Below are positions 36,601 to 48,600 of a stretch of 64,000 bases of DNA, piece by piece. Both the position numbers and the translations under genes were made by a program. Numbering within the stretch: position 1 is the first letter of the stretch; every line of letters starts with the position of its first letter. Location of the stretch: NCBI GenBank assembly GCA_965112155.1, contig OZ218099.1; one strand, written 5' to 3'. This stretch comes from Podarcis liolepis. Its lineage: Eukaryota. Under the pieces are notes generated by a model that did no database searches, was not told where the DNA came from, and saw only the letters and a program-made list of their open reading frames with translations.

Positions 36601-39600
36601 GGCATTTGGTTGGCCACTCTCAGAACAGGATGCTGCCCTAGATGGGTCTTTGGTCTCATCCAGCAGGGTGGTTCTTAAGAGTTTTTGTTTTTTTTTAAGT
36701 GGTAAGCAGAGTAGCATTAATTACCATACCGGCTTCCCAAAGCATTGCTCCAGCGCTAGCCATACAGAAAAAGGATTGTGCATGCAGGTTTTGCTCCCAT
36801 TTTTATTTCACTTGGTTGACTAAGGAGCGCACCAGTCTTTTAATGCTACATGTGGTTCAGTCCCTATGACCCCACAAGGTATATGAAGGGGGGCTGCTCC
36901 TTTGAAAGCAATCCCATCTAAAACCCTTTGCATGTGTGCAAAGCTAAGCTATCGCTTTCCTGAAAAGGCTAAGCTAGAATCCATCTCTCGGACACAAAGT
37001 GCTTTGAATGGAAGACTTTGATACATATGCTGCTTTAAAAGGGCAATGCCCTGAAGGCATCCAGCCCAGAAATGCTATCATGCTTCTCATTCCAGTTGTG
37101 CAACACTGCCCCCCAAAAGACTTCCAGCTCCCCCAAATCTACACAAGGCCCATTTAATACAACCCCCAGATCTACATGCTCCGAAAGGGCCTGTTACGTT
37201 ACAGAAAGAAGGTTCTGTACTCTTAGATTCTGCTTGGGAGGCGCAGCCTGCAGCAAGGGTTGGGGAGGGCCAAAGAATTTCACGTTTTTCTAGGCGCAAC
37301 TGTAAGAGATGTGTGCCTTATTAGTTAAAAATTGTAATTCCTAGAAACTGTAATATTTATATGCCTTATGTCAGCATAAGATGTGAAAACATAATGTTCC
37401 AGGAATTTGTCTTTACACAGAGCCTGTGCCATCAGCCATATTGTGTATCCAAGGAACAGATGTCCAGTCATCGAAAGCAATTCGCAAATTCAGAGAATAC
37501 CTGTGGGCAGAGGCAGGAAACCATTTAGGTGAAACCACAAACCTTACCTTCTGCCCTTGAGAGGTATCTGTGACTTGCCCATGGACTAGGGGGCAAATGG
37601 GCTTCATAGACTGAGGGAATGTGAGCCTCCTTCCTCTTTCCAAGCCTACGACACCACACCAGCTTTTCTTCTCTGAATAATACCATCTGCATTCATCATG
37701 GTTCCTCCCCACCCCAAGTCTTTTCCGGCTGGCAAAGATCTTAAGTAGGTCCTCCATCAGACTTAATTAAGAACCACTTGGTGAGTGTCTGGGACCCATT
37801 AGAAGCACTACAGTGTCTGTCTCTAATTGGAAGCACTGTGTGCTTTTGCAAAATAGTTACCCTTAGCTGTACATCAATGTGTGTGCCGATGAAACAAATA
37901 CACAGGAAGAAAAACACAATGAGATAGCTGCCCTCAGAAGCTCAGGTGTGGTGACCCAGGAGGGCATTTTCTGTGGCAGTTGTGGAATTCCCTCCCCCAC
38001 AATGGTGTGTCTGGCAACTTCACTGTAGTTGGTGAATACAGATGTGCCTCTTTCCCCTGGCCTTTGACACTCAAGAGATATTTTAGGACCCACACAATTT
38101 CTGTGGCTGTAAATTGTGGTAATAAAACAGCAGCCGCTGAGGAGTGCAAACACAGACAGACGTGGGGGGTGGGGGAAGGTTAGCTTTGAGAGATCTTTTA
38201 GGAAAGATCTCCCCACCACCCCCTTTACTGCCAATTTGTTGTTGTTGAACAGTTGGCTCTGTCCTACTTTATTTCATGATTAATTTCTGCAGTGAGAGAG
38301 GGGTGGAGATGTCTATAGACATCTAAGTCTGGGCCAGAAGCAATAATATGGGAAGCTGTATGAAAAGACTGACGGACAAATTAATAACTTATTGAGCTAA
38401 ATTGCAGGTACACATGTAAGGAAGCTGGGGTCTGATGAATTCATAGACAGGGCAGTCCTTTTTGTGCTTTCTTGCACTAACAGGACGAGAAGCAGTATCC
38501 ACAGTTGCCTGGGGATTTGTGTTTTACATATCATGCCAATACCTCCCAACTTCAAGAAGTGCTGCTACTACTAAAATCTAACAGAGCTGTAAAATATTCT
38601 GATTCCCATGAAAAACAGAGTTCAAGCCTAATCCTAAGCAAAACTTTATTCAGTGGCATGTAGCATCAAGTAACTGAACAGGATTAGTTTAGAATAAGGG
38701 TTAAACAGGCTGTCCAAGGATCATTCAGTGTTAATGCTAAACAGCTGAAAACTTCCTATTTGTACAGCACAAGAAAGGACCCATGACAGCAATAAGAACA
38801 CTGATGAAGAAAAACAGTAAGTATTCTTATTGGGAAAGATTGGTTTTCTTACAAAATAGGAGGTCCTTCCCTTTGAAATCTGAGTGTGGCATTCTCACAG
38901 GACAAGCGAAGTATTTGTCAGTATTGGTGTTGGTTATGCCACTTCCACAATCAGATGCCAGACCTTGTTTGCAACTTCTGAGTTTGCCCAGTATTTGGGG
39001 CATATACTAAGCTTCCCATATATGTATCTCAGTGCAAGGAAAGAAGTGTTGTACGCAAGGGAGGGTTTGTATGAGTTGCCTCTCTGCCTGCAGGCATTTG
39101 AGGCAATAATACAAGAGGAGTCCTGTAGTATAAGAAAGTCAAGGTGATGTTAAGTCATCCACATAATCTACCTTACGATTCTAAACAGAGTGGTACACAA
39201 CTCTTACATAATTAGCAAAAGTATTTTGTTCAAAAGTAGCCCAACTTTAAACACTAAAGGTAAAGGTAAAGGGACCCCTGACCATTAGGTCTAGTCATGG
39301 CCGACTTTGGGGTTGCGGCACTCATCTCGCTTTATTGGCCGAGGGAGCCGGCGTACAGCTTCCGGGTCATGTGGCCAGCATGACTAAGCCACTTCTGGCG
39401 AACCAGAGCAGCGCACGGAAACGCCGTTTACCTTCCCGCCGGAGCGGTACCTATTTATCTACTTGCACTTTGACGTGCTTTTGAACTGCTAGGTTGGCAG
39501 GAGCTGGGACCGAGCAATGGGAGCTCACCCCATCGCGGGGATTCGAACCGCCAACCTTCTGATCGGCAAGTCCTAGGCTCTGTGGTTTAACCCACAGCGC

Positions 39601-42600
39601 CACCCACGTCCATGTTAAACACTAGTTGGAACTAATTTGCTATAACCGCTTTGCCAACAAGGTGCACTCCAGATGTTTTGGTCTATTATGGCCATCAACT
39701 CTAGCTATACTGGCTGGGGCTAATGGAAATTTAATCCAAAATATCTGGAGGTGTTGGTGAAGACTGTGATTAAGAACCTCGTTTTTCAGAATCCTGAAGG
39801 TTTTATTCCCATGCATTTCCACACAAAACTCAGAAGCAGATGTTTAGCTAAGAGCAGTTTTAATGATTTTAGCCCCTTCTCCTCCTTGCAGCTATAGTTT
39901 ATATATTGGTGTCTTGGAAGAAAATTCATCCACAGATTAAAAAGATAACCATGGAGAAACTTCCAATATCCACATCTACAGCCTGTTCAGAAAGCTTCCA
40001 ACAGAACCCCCTGCAGCTTTAATAAACCCTTATTTCTTCTAGGACTTTGCAGAATAAAGAATGATGGGCATTGACACTGAAGACATGTAATTTCCTATGG
40101 AAGCAGTATCTCCATAAAGAAAGTCTGCACGCTGTTTCCCATATAGACGTGATATCTATGTAAGAAATTAGATATCAAGGATACTGCAGAAAATGTTTTT
40201 CTGTGCAGTGATTTTCACACAAGAGAGGTGTTGTAGTGTCATGGTTCTTCCTCTGACACTTCCCTCACCCACCCACAACAAGTAGACGAGGGCTACATTT
40301 TTTAAGTCTCTACAGCACTGTATCCTAAAACCAGGTAAGTTAGCCAGAGCATTGTTAATTTTGTTTCTGCTAAAATTAATTAATTAATTAATTAATAATT
40401 CATCTGCTAAGACCCAGAAACTTTCAGCCAGTTTAAGTCAGCATCGTTCTAGCTAAAAGCCAATCAGCAAACAGTGATGTAGAAAGCTACGGCTTCAGAG
40501 CTCACATCCTTAGCTGCATAAAACAGGAAGGATTGCAGCATCCTTAATATCACATGATCTAATGGATGCAACTTAAGAGTCCCCCTTTAAAGAATGTTAT
40601 GGGTGATTCAAGAACCAATACAGAATTGTTCGTCTGAACTCTTCTGGGTGGAAGTGCCAAGTAAACACAAACACAAAGATAATGCTGCAAGTGGTTTTTC
40701 TGTCCTGGAATGAAATGTTACACCAAGAGGAGAATTAGAAATAAAAAAGGTTGTACCGTACCTGGATCAATCTATCTGCCAAAGCAGCACTCTCCTACAG
40801 ACTCAGAAGAGGGAGATCCAGACAAGGAAGGAAAGATGAAGGAAAGAAAAAGATACAAAAGCAAGGTCACACACGCACTCTATAGCTAGAAGCACAGAAG
40901 AAAAAAGATAAAGAACCCAACAGAGCCCAAGTAGAGAACTTCCATTCCAGAACAGTGTCCAATCTGCAGCGTGACACTTCCCTTTATGGAGAAAGCAAGG
41001 CACATTTTATGCATGTGCTTTGTGCCTGTCCACAGGGGAAGGCAAACAGATATGGATTCCCTCAAGAAAATCTTGTCTTGCATTAACTTCGCTTCAATCC
41101 TGCAAATGCTGCAGCGGTCTGTAATTTTATTGCCCATTAGGTCGATGGAAGAGATCTTATTTTAGGAATCAAACTTGTGTGTTGCCCAGTCTCCAATTAG
41201 CCAGACTCCCTGGAGTTGCTGGCTCTGGGCAAGTCTCCAAGATCTCTGTTAACAGTACATCAAAACGGGGCCAAATAACTTCTATATTTTTCATGTAAAA
41301 CTTTAATATTTAGCACATAATAAGGTCATCTGAGGTATATGGCACAGCATAGCTGAAAAACAATGAAAGGTTCAATTGCCGAACTGTGAAGTCCCAATAG
41401 CAAGCAGGCTTGGACTGTCCAGAATATAATATAAGTTGCTTCTGGTTTTAAGTTATCATCCAAGCTGAAGTTTTTTGGGCTGACAATATAGTCATGTGTC
41501 TGCAGCTCCTGCAGTTTACTTTTTCCATCTTAAAGAGTGCAGGCAGCAGATCACCAAGGTTTTGCCGCTTCTTCATTACCAGCAAAGGTTTTGAGAGAGC
41601 TGAGTAACACTGCTTCGGACATATATTACTCCCTACCCTCCTGAAATAAAAACACCCCCAGCAGTCTCTGTGAAGGTACGCAGCAGAGACTAATGGCTAG
41701 CGCCCTGAGTAGTGTCCACAGTCAACCGGGACAGTCGGTTGTGTAAGGCCTCGTTTTTGGTGGCCAAACTAGTCTGGAAGCGGAGGAAGTGAATTTTCAT
41801 GCGGCTGGGTACTCTCCTCACCTTCTCCAGGGTCTCAATTCGCTGTTTCAGAAGACGGTTCTCAGAACGGAGCCTCTGCAAGCGAGATCAAAGTCAACAT
41901 GCATTCTAATCTGTAAGAATCAGCTTTTGTTACGCGATGGCCAGCATGCAGAAATTATGCTGAAATCCTGAACACCGAGCTAGAGCCATCTGCACAACCA
42001 GCTGATTGAATAACCAGGAAGCAAGCATTACACCAGAGAGAGTGAGAGAGAGACAGATCTTAAAGTTCAGTATAAAAGGAATGCTTTTAAAAGAACTAAG
42101 GTACACTGAATGACACAAAAGGAGCCAAGGTACGTGAGCTCTTGAACTTTTGCCTGAAGTGCAAGAGTTTCTATAACACCAGAGGACACAGTAGAAAGAA
42201 TGCAAGCCCTGCAGCAGACAGAAGGACCAATATACCAAGGGTACAAGGCACTGCTATGAAACAGCAAAACCATCTATGTGATCTGACCATTGGACAACAC
42301 TGTACACCCTTAGGATAACAGTGTCTTGAGGCCTTGCACTGGAAGAACAAAGAGTAAGTTGACTCGATTTTTGGGAAAGGAAGCATGGGGAGCGCCCATG
42401 TTTTTGTTCTATATGTTGCCATACGTGCAAGACAAGTGCAGGAATGTACAGGGGAGGGAGGTAAGGAGGCAGCTTACCTTGATTTCAATCTGCTCTTCCA
42501 TCTCTCTGTTTTTGATTGCAGTGTATTCCTTCTCTAGTCTGCAACACAGGCAAGATACAGTTCACCCTGATTCTCCCTACCGAACGCCAGCATTTTGGAG

Positions 42601-45600
42601 ATGCTCTGAGAGACAAGCCTGATATGATAGCAGCACATCTGTGCATTTAACGCTTGATCTGCCCCCATCACATTGAAAGAAGTCTATTTGGGTTAGAATT
42701 TAAGGAACATGGGTAAAAGGCTTATGGGTACTAGGAGTTTAATCTTTCCCATGCTTGCCAGTTAATTAACTGGCACTGCCTGCCTTGGTCTATTTTCTCC
42801 AAGCTAGGCTCATTTCTGGTACAAAAGTCTGGGCAATGAACTGTCAGAAGGTGAGCAGCCTGTGAGGTTAAGCTGCCTTCACCAGGATGCCCTTTTCTGC
42901 TCCTTAAACCAGATCCCAACCCCTGTTTTCTATGCAAAAATCAGATTTGCTACAGTTGCACCCAACCTGGCTGCTAGAGAAGCCAAGGACTGGAATAGCT
43001 AACCATCCATGCTGGACAAACACAACTCCAAAGTCTCCCGGGCCACACTTCATGATTACTAAGTGACAAAAGGCTGCCTGCAGTATTTGTCGCAGGATCA
43101 GGAGACTTTTAAACTTCCAATTAAGTCAATAAGGAATGGTAATATATGATTCAGCTGCATCTGCTAGCAGTTAACATATTGACCCTAAAGCTGGCTATGT
43201 TTCTAGTCTCCCACAACACAGTATTTTACACTCACTCTCATGCTACTCTGTACCGAGGCTGAATTGCCTTACCCCTTATGTGCCCACTCAAGTGCTTTAA
43301 CCTGTGGAACTGGCACTGTTACAGGTGTCACATAATGCTTGTGAGATCTTTCAGTGGAACAGCACCAACACTTTGTTCCCACCTACCTACTGATTACAGA
43401 GGCACCTTCACTGGACTCTCTCTCTCTCTTTTAGCACTTGCTAAAGCATTTTTGTTGCGGCAAGCTTATCTCGATACACATGATATGTTTTAATCTTCTT
43501 GCTATCCATTTTAATGATATTTAAAATGTTTCATTGTTTTGAACTCTTAGTGATTTTAATATTTCTTGTAAAAAGCTCAGGGTTTTTATTACAATCAAAC
43601 AATATAGAATTTTTGTTAGATAAAAATAAAAAAATAGATGGGACCCCAGTTTACAAATATGTTAAAAGGCAGTCAGGATCGCCTATCTTTAAACAGATTT
43701 GATATTTAGGATGTAATGTACACAATTAGCTAGTTCCACAAAAAGCCACACCATGCTCTTTCCAACCCCTGAAATTTATCTTAAATTGAGCGAACGAAAA
43801 AACACAGGGAAAGTTAAGTTTTAGTATTGGGTGCTTTTTGATGTTGTACTAATTCAAACACTAACCTTACCTTTCAGGGTTGTTTTCTGCTTGCTTCGTT
43901 TTGACTAGGAGTGGAGTTTCCCCAATGTAATATTTACCATGGTAAAAGGTAAAGGACCCCTGACAGTTAAGTCCAGTCACGGACAACTCTGGGGTTGTGG
44001 CGCTCATCTTACTTTACAGGCTGAGGGAGCCAGCATTTTGCCACAGACAGTTTTTCCGGGTCATGTGGCCAGCATGACTAAGCCGCTTCTGGCGCAATGG
44101 AACACTGAAACCAGAGCAGCGCACGGAAACGCCATTTACCTTCCTGCCAGAGCAGTACCTATTTATCTACTTGCACTTTTTGGCATGCTTTCGAACTGCT
44201 AGGTTGGCAGGAGCTGGGACTGAGCAACGGGAGCTCACCTCGTCACGGGGATTCGAACCGCCGACCTTCTGATCGGCAACTCCAAGAGGCTCAGTGGTTT
44301 AGACCACAGCGCCACCCACATCCCTTGTTTACCATGGATGTCCTTTAAATCATGTGATTTTTGTGGGTGTTCTTCGTAAGCTTAAAAGTAGGATGATCAA
44401 ACCCATCGAAAAGGACAAGCCACAGAGAGGTTTCTTGGTGGATAACCATCAGTATTTTCATTGCAAATTCCAAATCTCCACATACACTTACTGCCGGTTA
44501 GAACTTGGTATCTTAGCAATTAATGAGAGCACCATATTTTAGAAGCATGGCACGGGAAGAGTTTCCGATCAGATTTAGTCTCCCTGTTTGAACTTTTGTT
44601 ACAAACAATGGTTCCAAGTTTTCTCTCCCTTCCTATTAATGTTTAAAGACTCTGCCAAATTATACAGCCAACATAGTTGGAATGGGCTTAGGGTAGGAAT
44701 GGGAGTTTATTTTTGACTGGGTCAATTTGCTTAACTTGCACTTTAATTATGTTAATGTGTGATTGTAAAGGGATTGTTAAAATCCATGAAGCGCACAAGG
44801 AAAGTAATAAACACACATAAGATTGAGTTAATTCTGGACAGCAGGGGCAACATCCAACATGATGCTGAGCGAGTGGATTCCTCCTTCTGTTCCTCTGCCC
44901 TGCAGCCTCCTGAATGTCCCAAATCCTGCTCCAGGGGGTCTTCCGGCCCTCCAAAGCATATTTGGTGGGTGTGCAGAGGGCTGTAGAGGGCAGAAGAGGA
45001 AAGGGAAGTCCCACTGGGCAGGTGGAAGTCTGTTCTGCTAATGTGTGGGTACAGCAGGGTATCACCTCAGGTCTTGTGAGCTGAGGGAGACAAACACCCA
45101 TAAGAAAAGGTGTTTCGTGTCTACAGTCAACAAAATTAGGTGCTACTGTGTCCAAGTTTCAGCAACAGTCCATGACCACTTCTCACAAACACTATCTGAT
45201 GAAAAGGCCACCAATCATACGTGCCACCAATCATAACAGAAAACCCTGCTTCTGGCAATAAAAATTCCTCCAAGAGAAATTCCTTCGATATACAGTGGTA
45301 CCTCGGGTTAAGTACTTAATTTGTTCTGGAGGTCCATTCTTAACCTGAAACTGTTCTTAACCTGAAGCACCACTTTAGCTAATGGGGCCTCCGGCTGCTG
45401 CCACGCCCCCGGAGCACGATTTCTGTTCTCATCCTGAAGCAAAGTTCTTAACCTGAGGTAATATTTCTGGGTTAGCGGAGTCTGTAACCTGAAGCATATG
45501 TAACCCGAGGTACCACTGTAGCTGTTCAGGAGACTTCCCACATCAACCTACGCAGCTTTCCAAAGAAAGCGACAAAAGACACTTATGTATGAGATATCTG

Positions 45601-48600
45601 ATAAAGTAATACTTACCGTTTCATTTTCTTAGGGTTGTATTTGACCTGGTAAGCCTTAAAGATCAGCTTATCAGGACAGTTTTCAAACTGATGAGGAATC
45701 ACCTTCTGGAAATACTGTGAAAAAGGCAACACTGAAGTCAGAATGCGCCTAGGATACATTCCCTGGTCAGCAAACCTGCTCCTAACGTCCAGCTTAATTG
45801 TATCTACTTCTTCCCAGAAAGCTAAGACAGAGGGAGTGGCCAGTCTTTGGAATGCTTCTTGTGATATAACACTTCTAAGTGCTGCTCACTTGAATATTAC
45901 CTCTTGAGAATCACACAATCTAGCATTACGGTCTGGAATGGAAGTGGGGGGGGGGGAGCACTCCTGACCACATTTGTTTTAGTGCATTAAAAGCACTTTA
46001 AAAACGTTAACTCTTCCCCACCTCAAGACACATGTGCAATACACCAAACACACAGGGCAGGCCTCAAAATAGGCTGCCTATAGGCTCCATCCTTTGCTAT
46101 AAGATAGCTTGGAAGTGTTTGACATCACCTCCTAAAACAGTGTTGAAGCAGCAAGGAACAGGCAGCAAGGAACTGCCACCTTCAATCACTGCTGCTATCA
46201 CCAGGGTGGGGCCCTTCTCTGCCCTCACAGAGGCCCCCAGTGCCAACTTCTTTGCGAGAAGTGTCAGGACTACCTTCTCTGGTGTGTATGTGTGCCAGAT
46301 TATCAACTGTCCCCGATTAGACCACTTGATGTGACAAGAATGACAAGAAGCTGGCAGATTCCAGCTAGACCCCATTCTCTATGGCCAACTTCTAGGAAGG
46401 CTGGGTTGCTGGGCTATTTTTAAGGATCTGCCAAGGCCTGCTTTTTGAACTGTGAGCAGTCTGTTCCCATCCAAGCTGATTACTATGAGAACCTTGTAAC
46501 ATTAATCATTTGGTGACCAATATTTCTGCTTTCACTCCCTATCCCCTTTCCTCACAATTTGTGAGTGCCTTTTTAGACTGTAAGCCTGAAGGCAGGGACT
46601 ATGCTGTTTTGACTGGGTGATTTTCCAGCTAAAGAGCATAGTATAAAGGCTTTGAATAAGATGTATTCCATGTTATGGGAAAACTGGGTTGACCTGCAGT
46701 GGAGATCTGGTATAGACAGACTAGATTTATTTCAGGAGAAGAATGTGTTTAACACAAAACTCACAGTGAAAATATTACAAATGGGATAGGTCCTGGCCAT
46801 ATACTTAAAACGTTTTTATGCAACCCGTCAGCTGAAATTGCTCCCAAGCTCCCTCTGCAAGGGTGAAGAACCAGGATCAGCTTTCAGAAGATTTGACACT
46901 TCAAAGTTGTGAGTCAACACAATTTAGATTGATTTTTACTGCCATTTTTGTTTCTGTACCTTCAGCAATTTTTTTCTGGCATTATGTCTTTAGCCCTAAA
47001 GGCTTAAACTTTGTAAGTTCAACCTTGCAATTTGCCACCCAGTTGGGTGGATAGTACTTACCCCAAATGCAAGCCCACCCTTCCTAGTGCTAGCTAATCT
47101 TGCATATGACTTCCAATAGCTATCACAGTGGGACACTGTCTTTCTCCACCTGCGGCAGTTCTAGTCTCTGCCCTCTTAAGTCTCAAAACCAGGAATACTC
47201 AAAGCAACTTCTAAAGTTTGGTTTCCTTACCTTCCTTTTAGAATTACTGTAGGAAAAGTAGGAGCAAAATAGATATCTGAATGGCCAGAGTAAGAACATA
47301 TACTCTCCCTCGCACCTCAATATTTCAACACTAATGGTATTAGCAACTGCAAAAAAGCAACAAAAGGTCCCAACTGAGCTAAACTTAGTAGCAGCGCAAT
47401 CCCAGCCATGTCTCCTCAGAATTATTTCCTACTGAGTTCAAGGACATTTGCTGCCAGTTAGGTGGGCTTAGGATTGCAGCCCAAGGTATTTTCTTGTGAT
47501 AATTCTCTTCCTCACTTTGTAGATTCCAAACACCAACATACACCGGTATCTTAAAAAGGGCTATAATATTACAAGAAAGGACATTCCAACTAAACATCAG
47601 GAAAAACTTTCTGACAGCAAGGGCTGTTCAACAGTGAAATGGACTCCCTTAGAAGGTGGTGGATTCTCCTTCATTGGAGGTTTTTAAGCAGAGGTTGGAT
47701 GGCCATCTGCCATGGGTGCTTTAGTTGAGATTCCTGCAGCGGGTTGCACTAGTGGACCCTCTGGATCCCTTCAAACCCTACCACTCTATGATTCTATTAT
47801 TGTTCTTCTACCACTCTATGATTCTATTATTGTTCTTCTACCACTCTATGATTCTGTTATTGTTCTTCTACCACTCTATGATTCTATTATTGTTCTTCTA
47901 CCACTCTATGATTCTATTATTGTTCTTCTACCACTCTATGATTCTATTATTGTTCTTCTACCACTCTATGATTCTATTATTGTTCTTCTACCACTCTATG
48001 ATTCTATTATTACAAACATGTTACTCAGACAGCATCACATTTGGAATGCTTATATGGTACCACAAAAGACTGAGAAGCATTCAAAGCTGCTCCCTGGAAT
48101 GCAAGCGGGCATTGAGACTTTGGTCAGGCCTTGAGCAGACCGTATGCCCCTGCAAGCAGCTGATAGTGGAAACAAGCTGACTGGCTCATCGCATAAATCA
48201 AACTGCAGAAGAATAGGGAGCTGCCAGAATTTGGGCCATGAGCCGTTGCCCTCGGGCATAGTCAGGCTGAAATGGCTAGGGTTTAGGATGTTCCAAAGAT
48301 GACAGTTCTCAACCAGCCCCCCACTTCCATTTCCCCTTCATGTCTTTCTCCCCCATACGGGTATCCGAATGAGAGACAGAAACTAGCAAGTCTACCTCTA
48401 GTCCTACAGTTCACCGTAGAGCTGACCTGTGACATCCCCTCCATGTCCAGTTGCATCAGTTCAGCCTGGTTGAATTGCAGAAGAGCCATCCCCACACGGA
48501 AGACTATTTCCAATCCCTGTAAGAAGTCAGCAGAAGTTATAAGGGCTCCACCCCAAAATGGAGTTTCCCATGGTTTGGAGTAAGCCTATGGAGTAACTGA

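Noticed and set aside
47712-48180. 140-aa and 151-aa repetitive ORFs, or a CRISPR-like array
   Set aside because: They result from a 30-bp stop-free tandem repeat with no unique spacers, in a eukaryotic intron at a CR1 tail.
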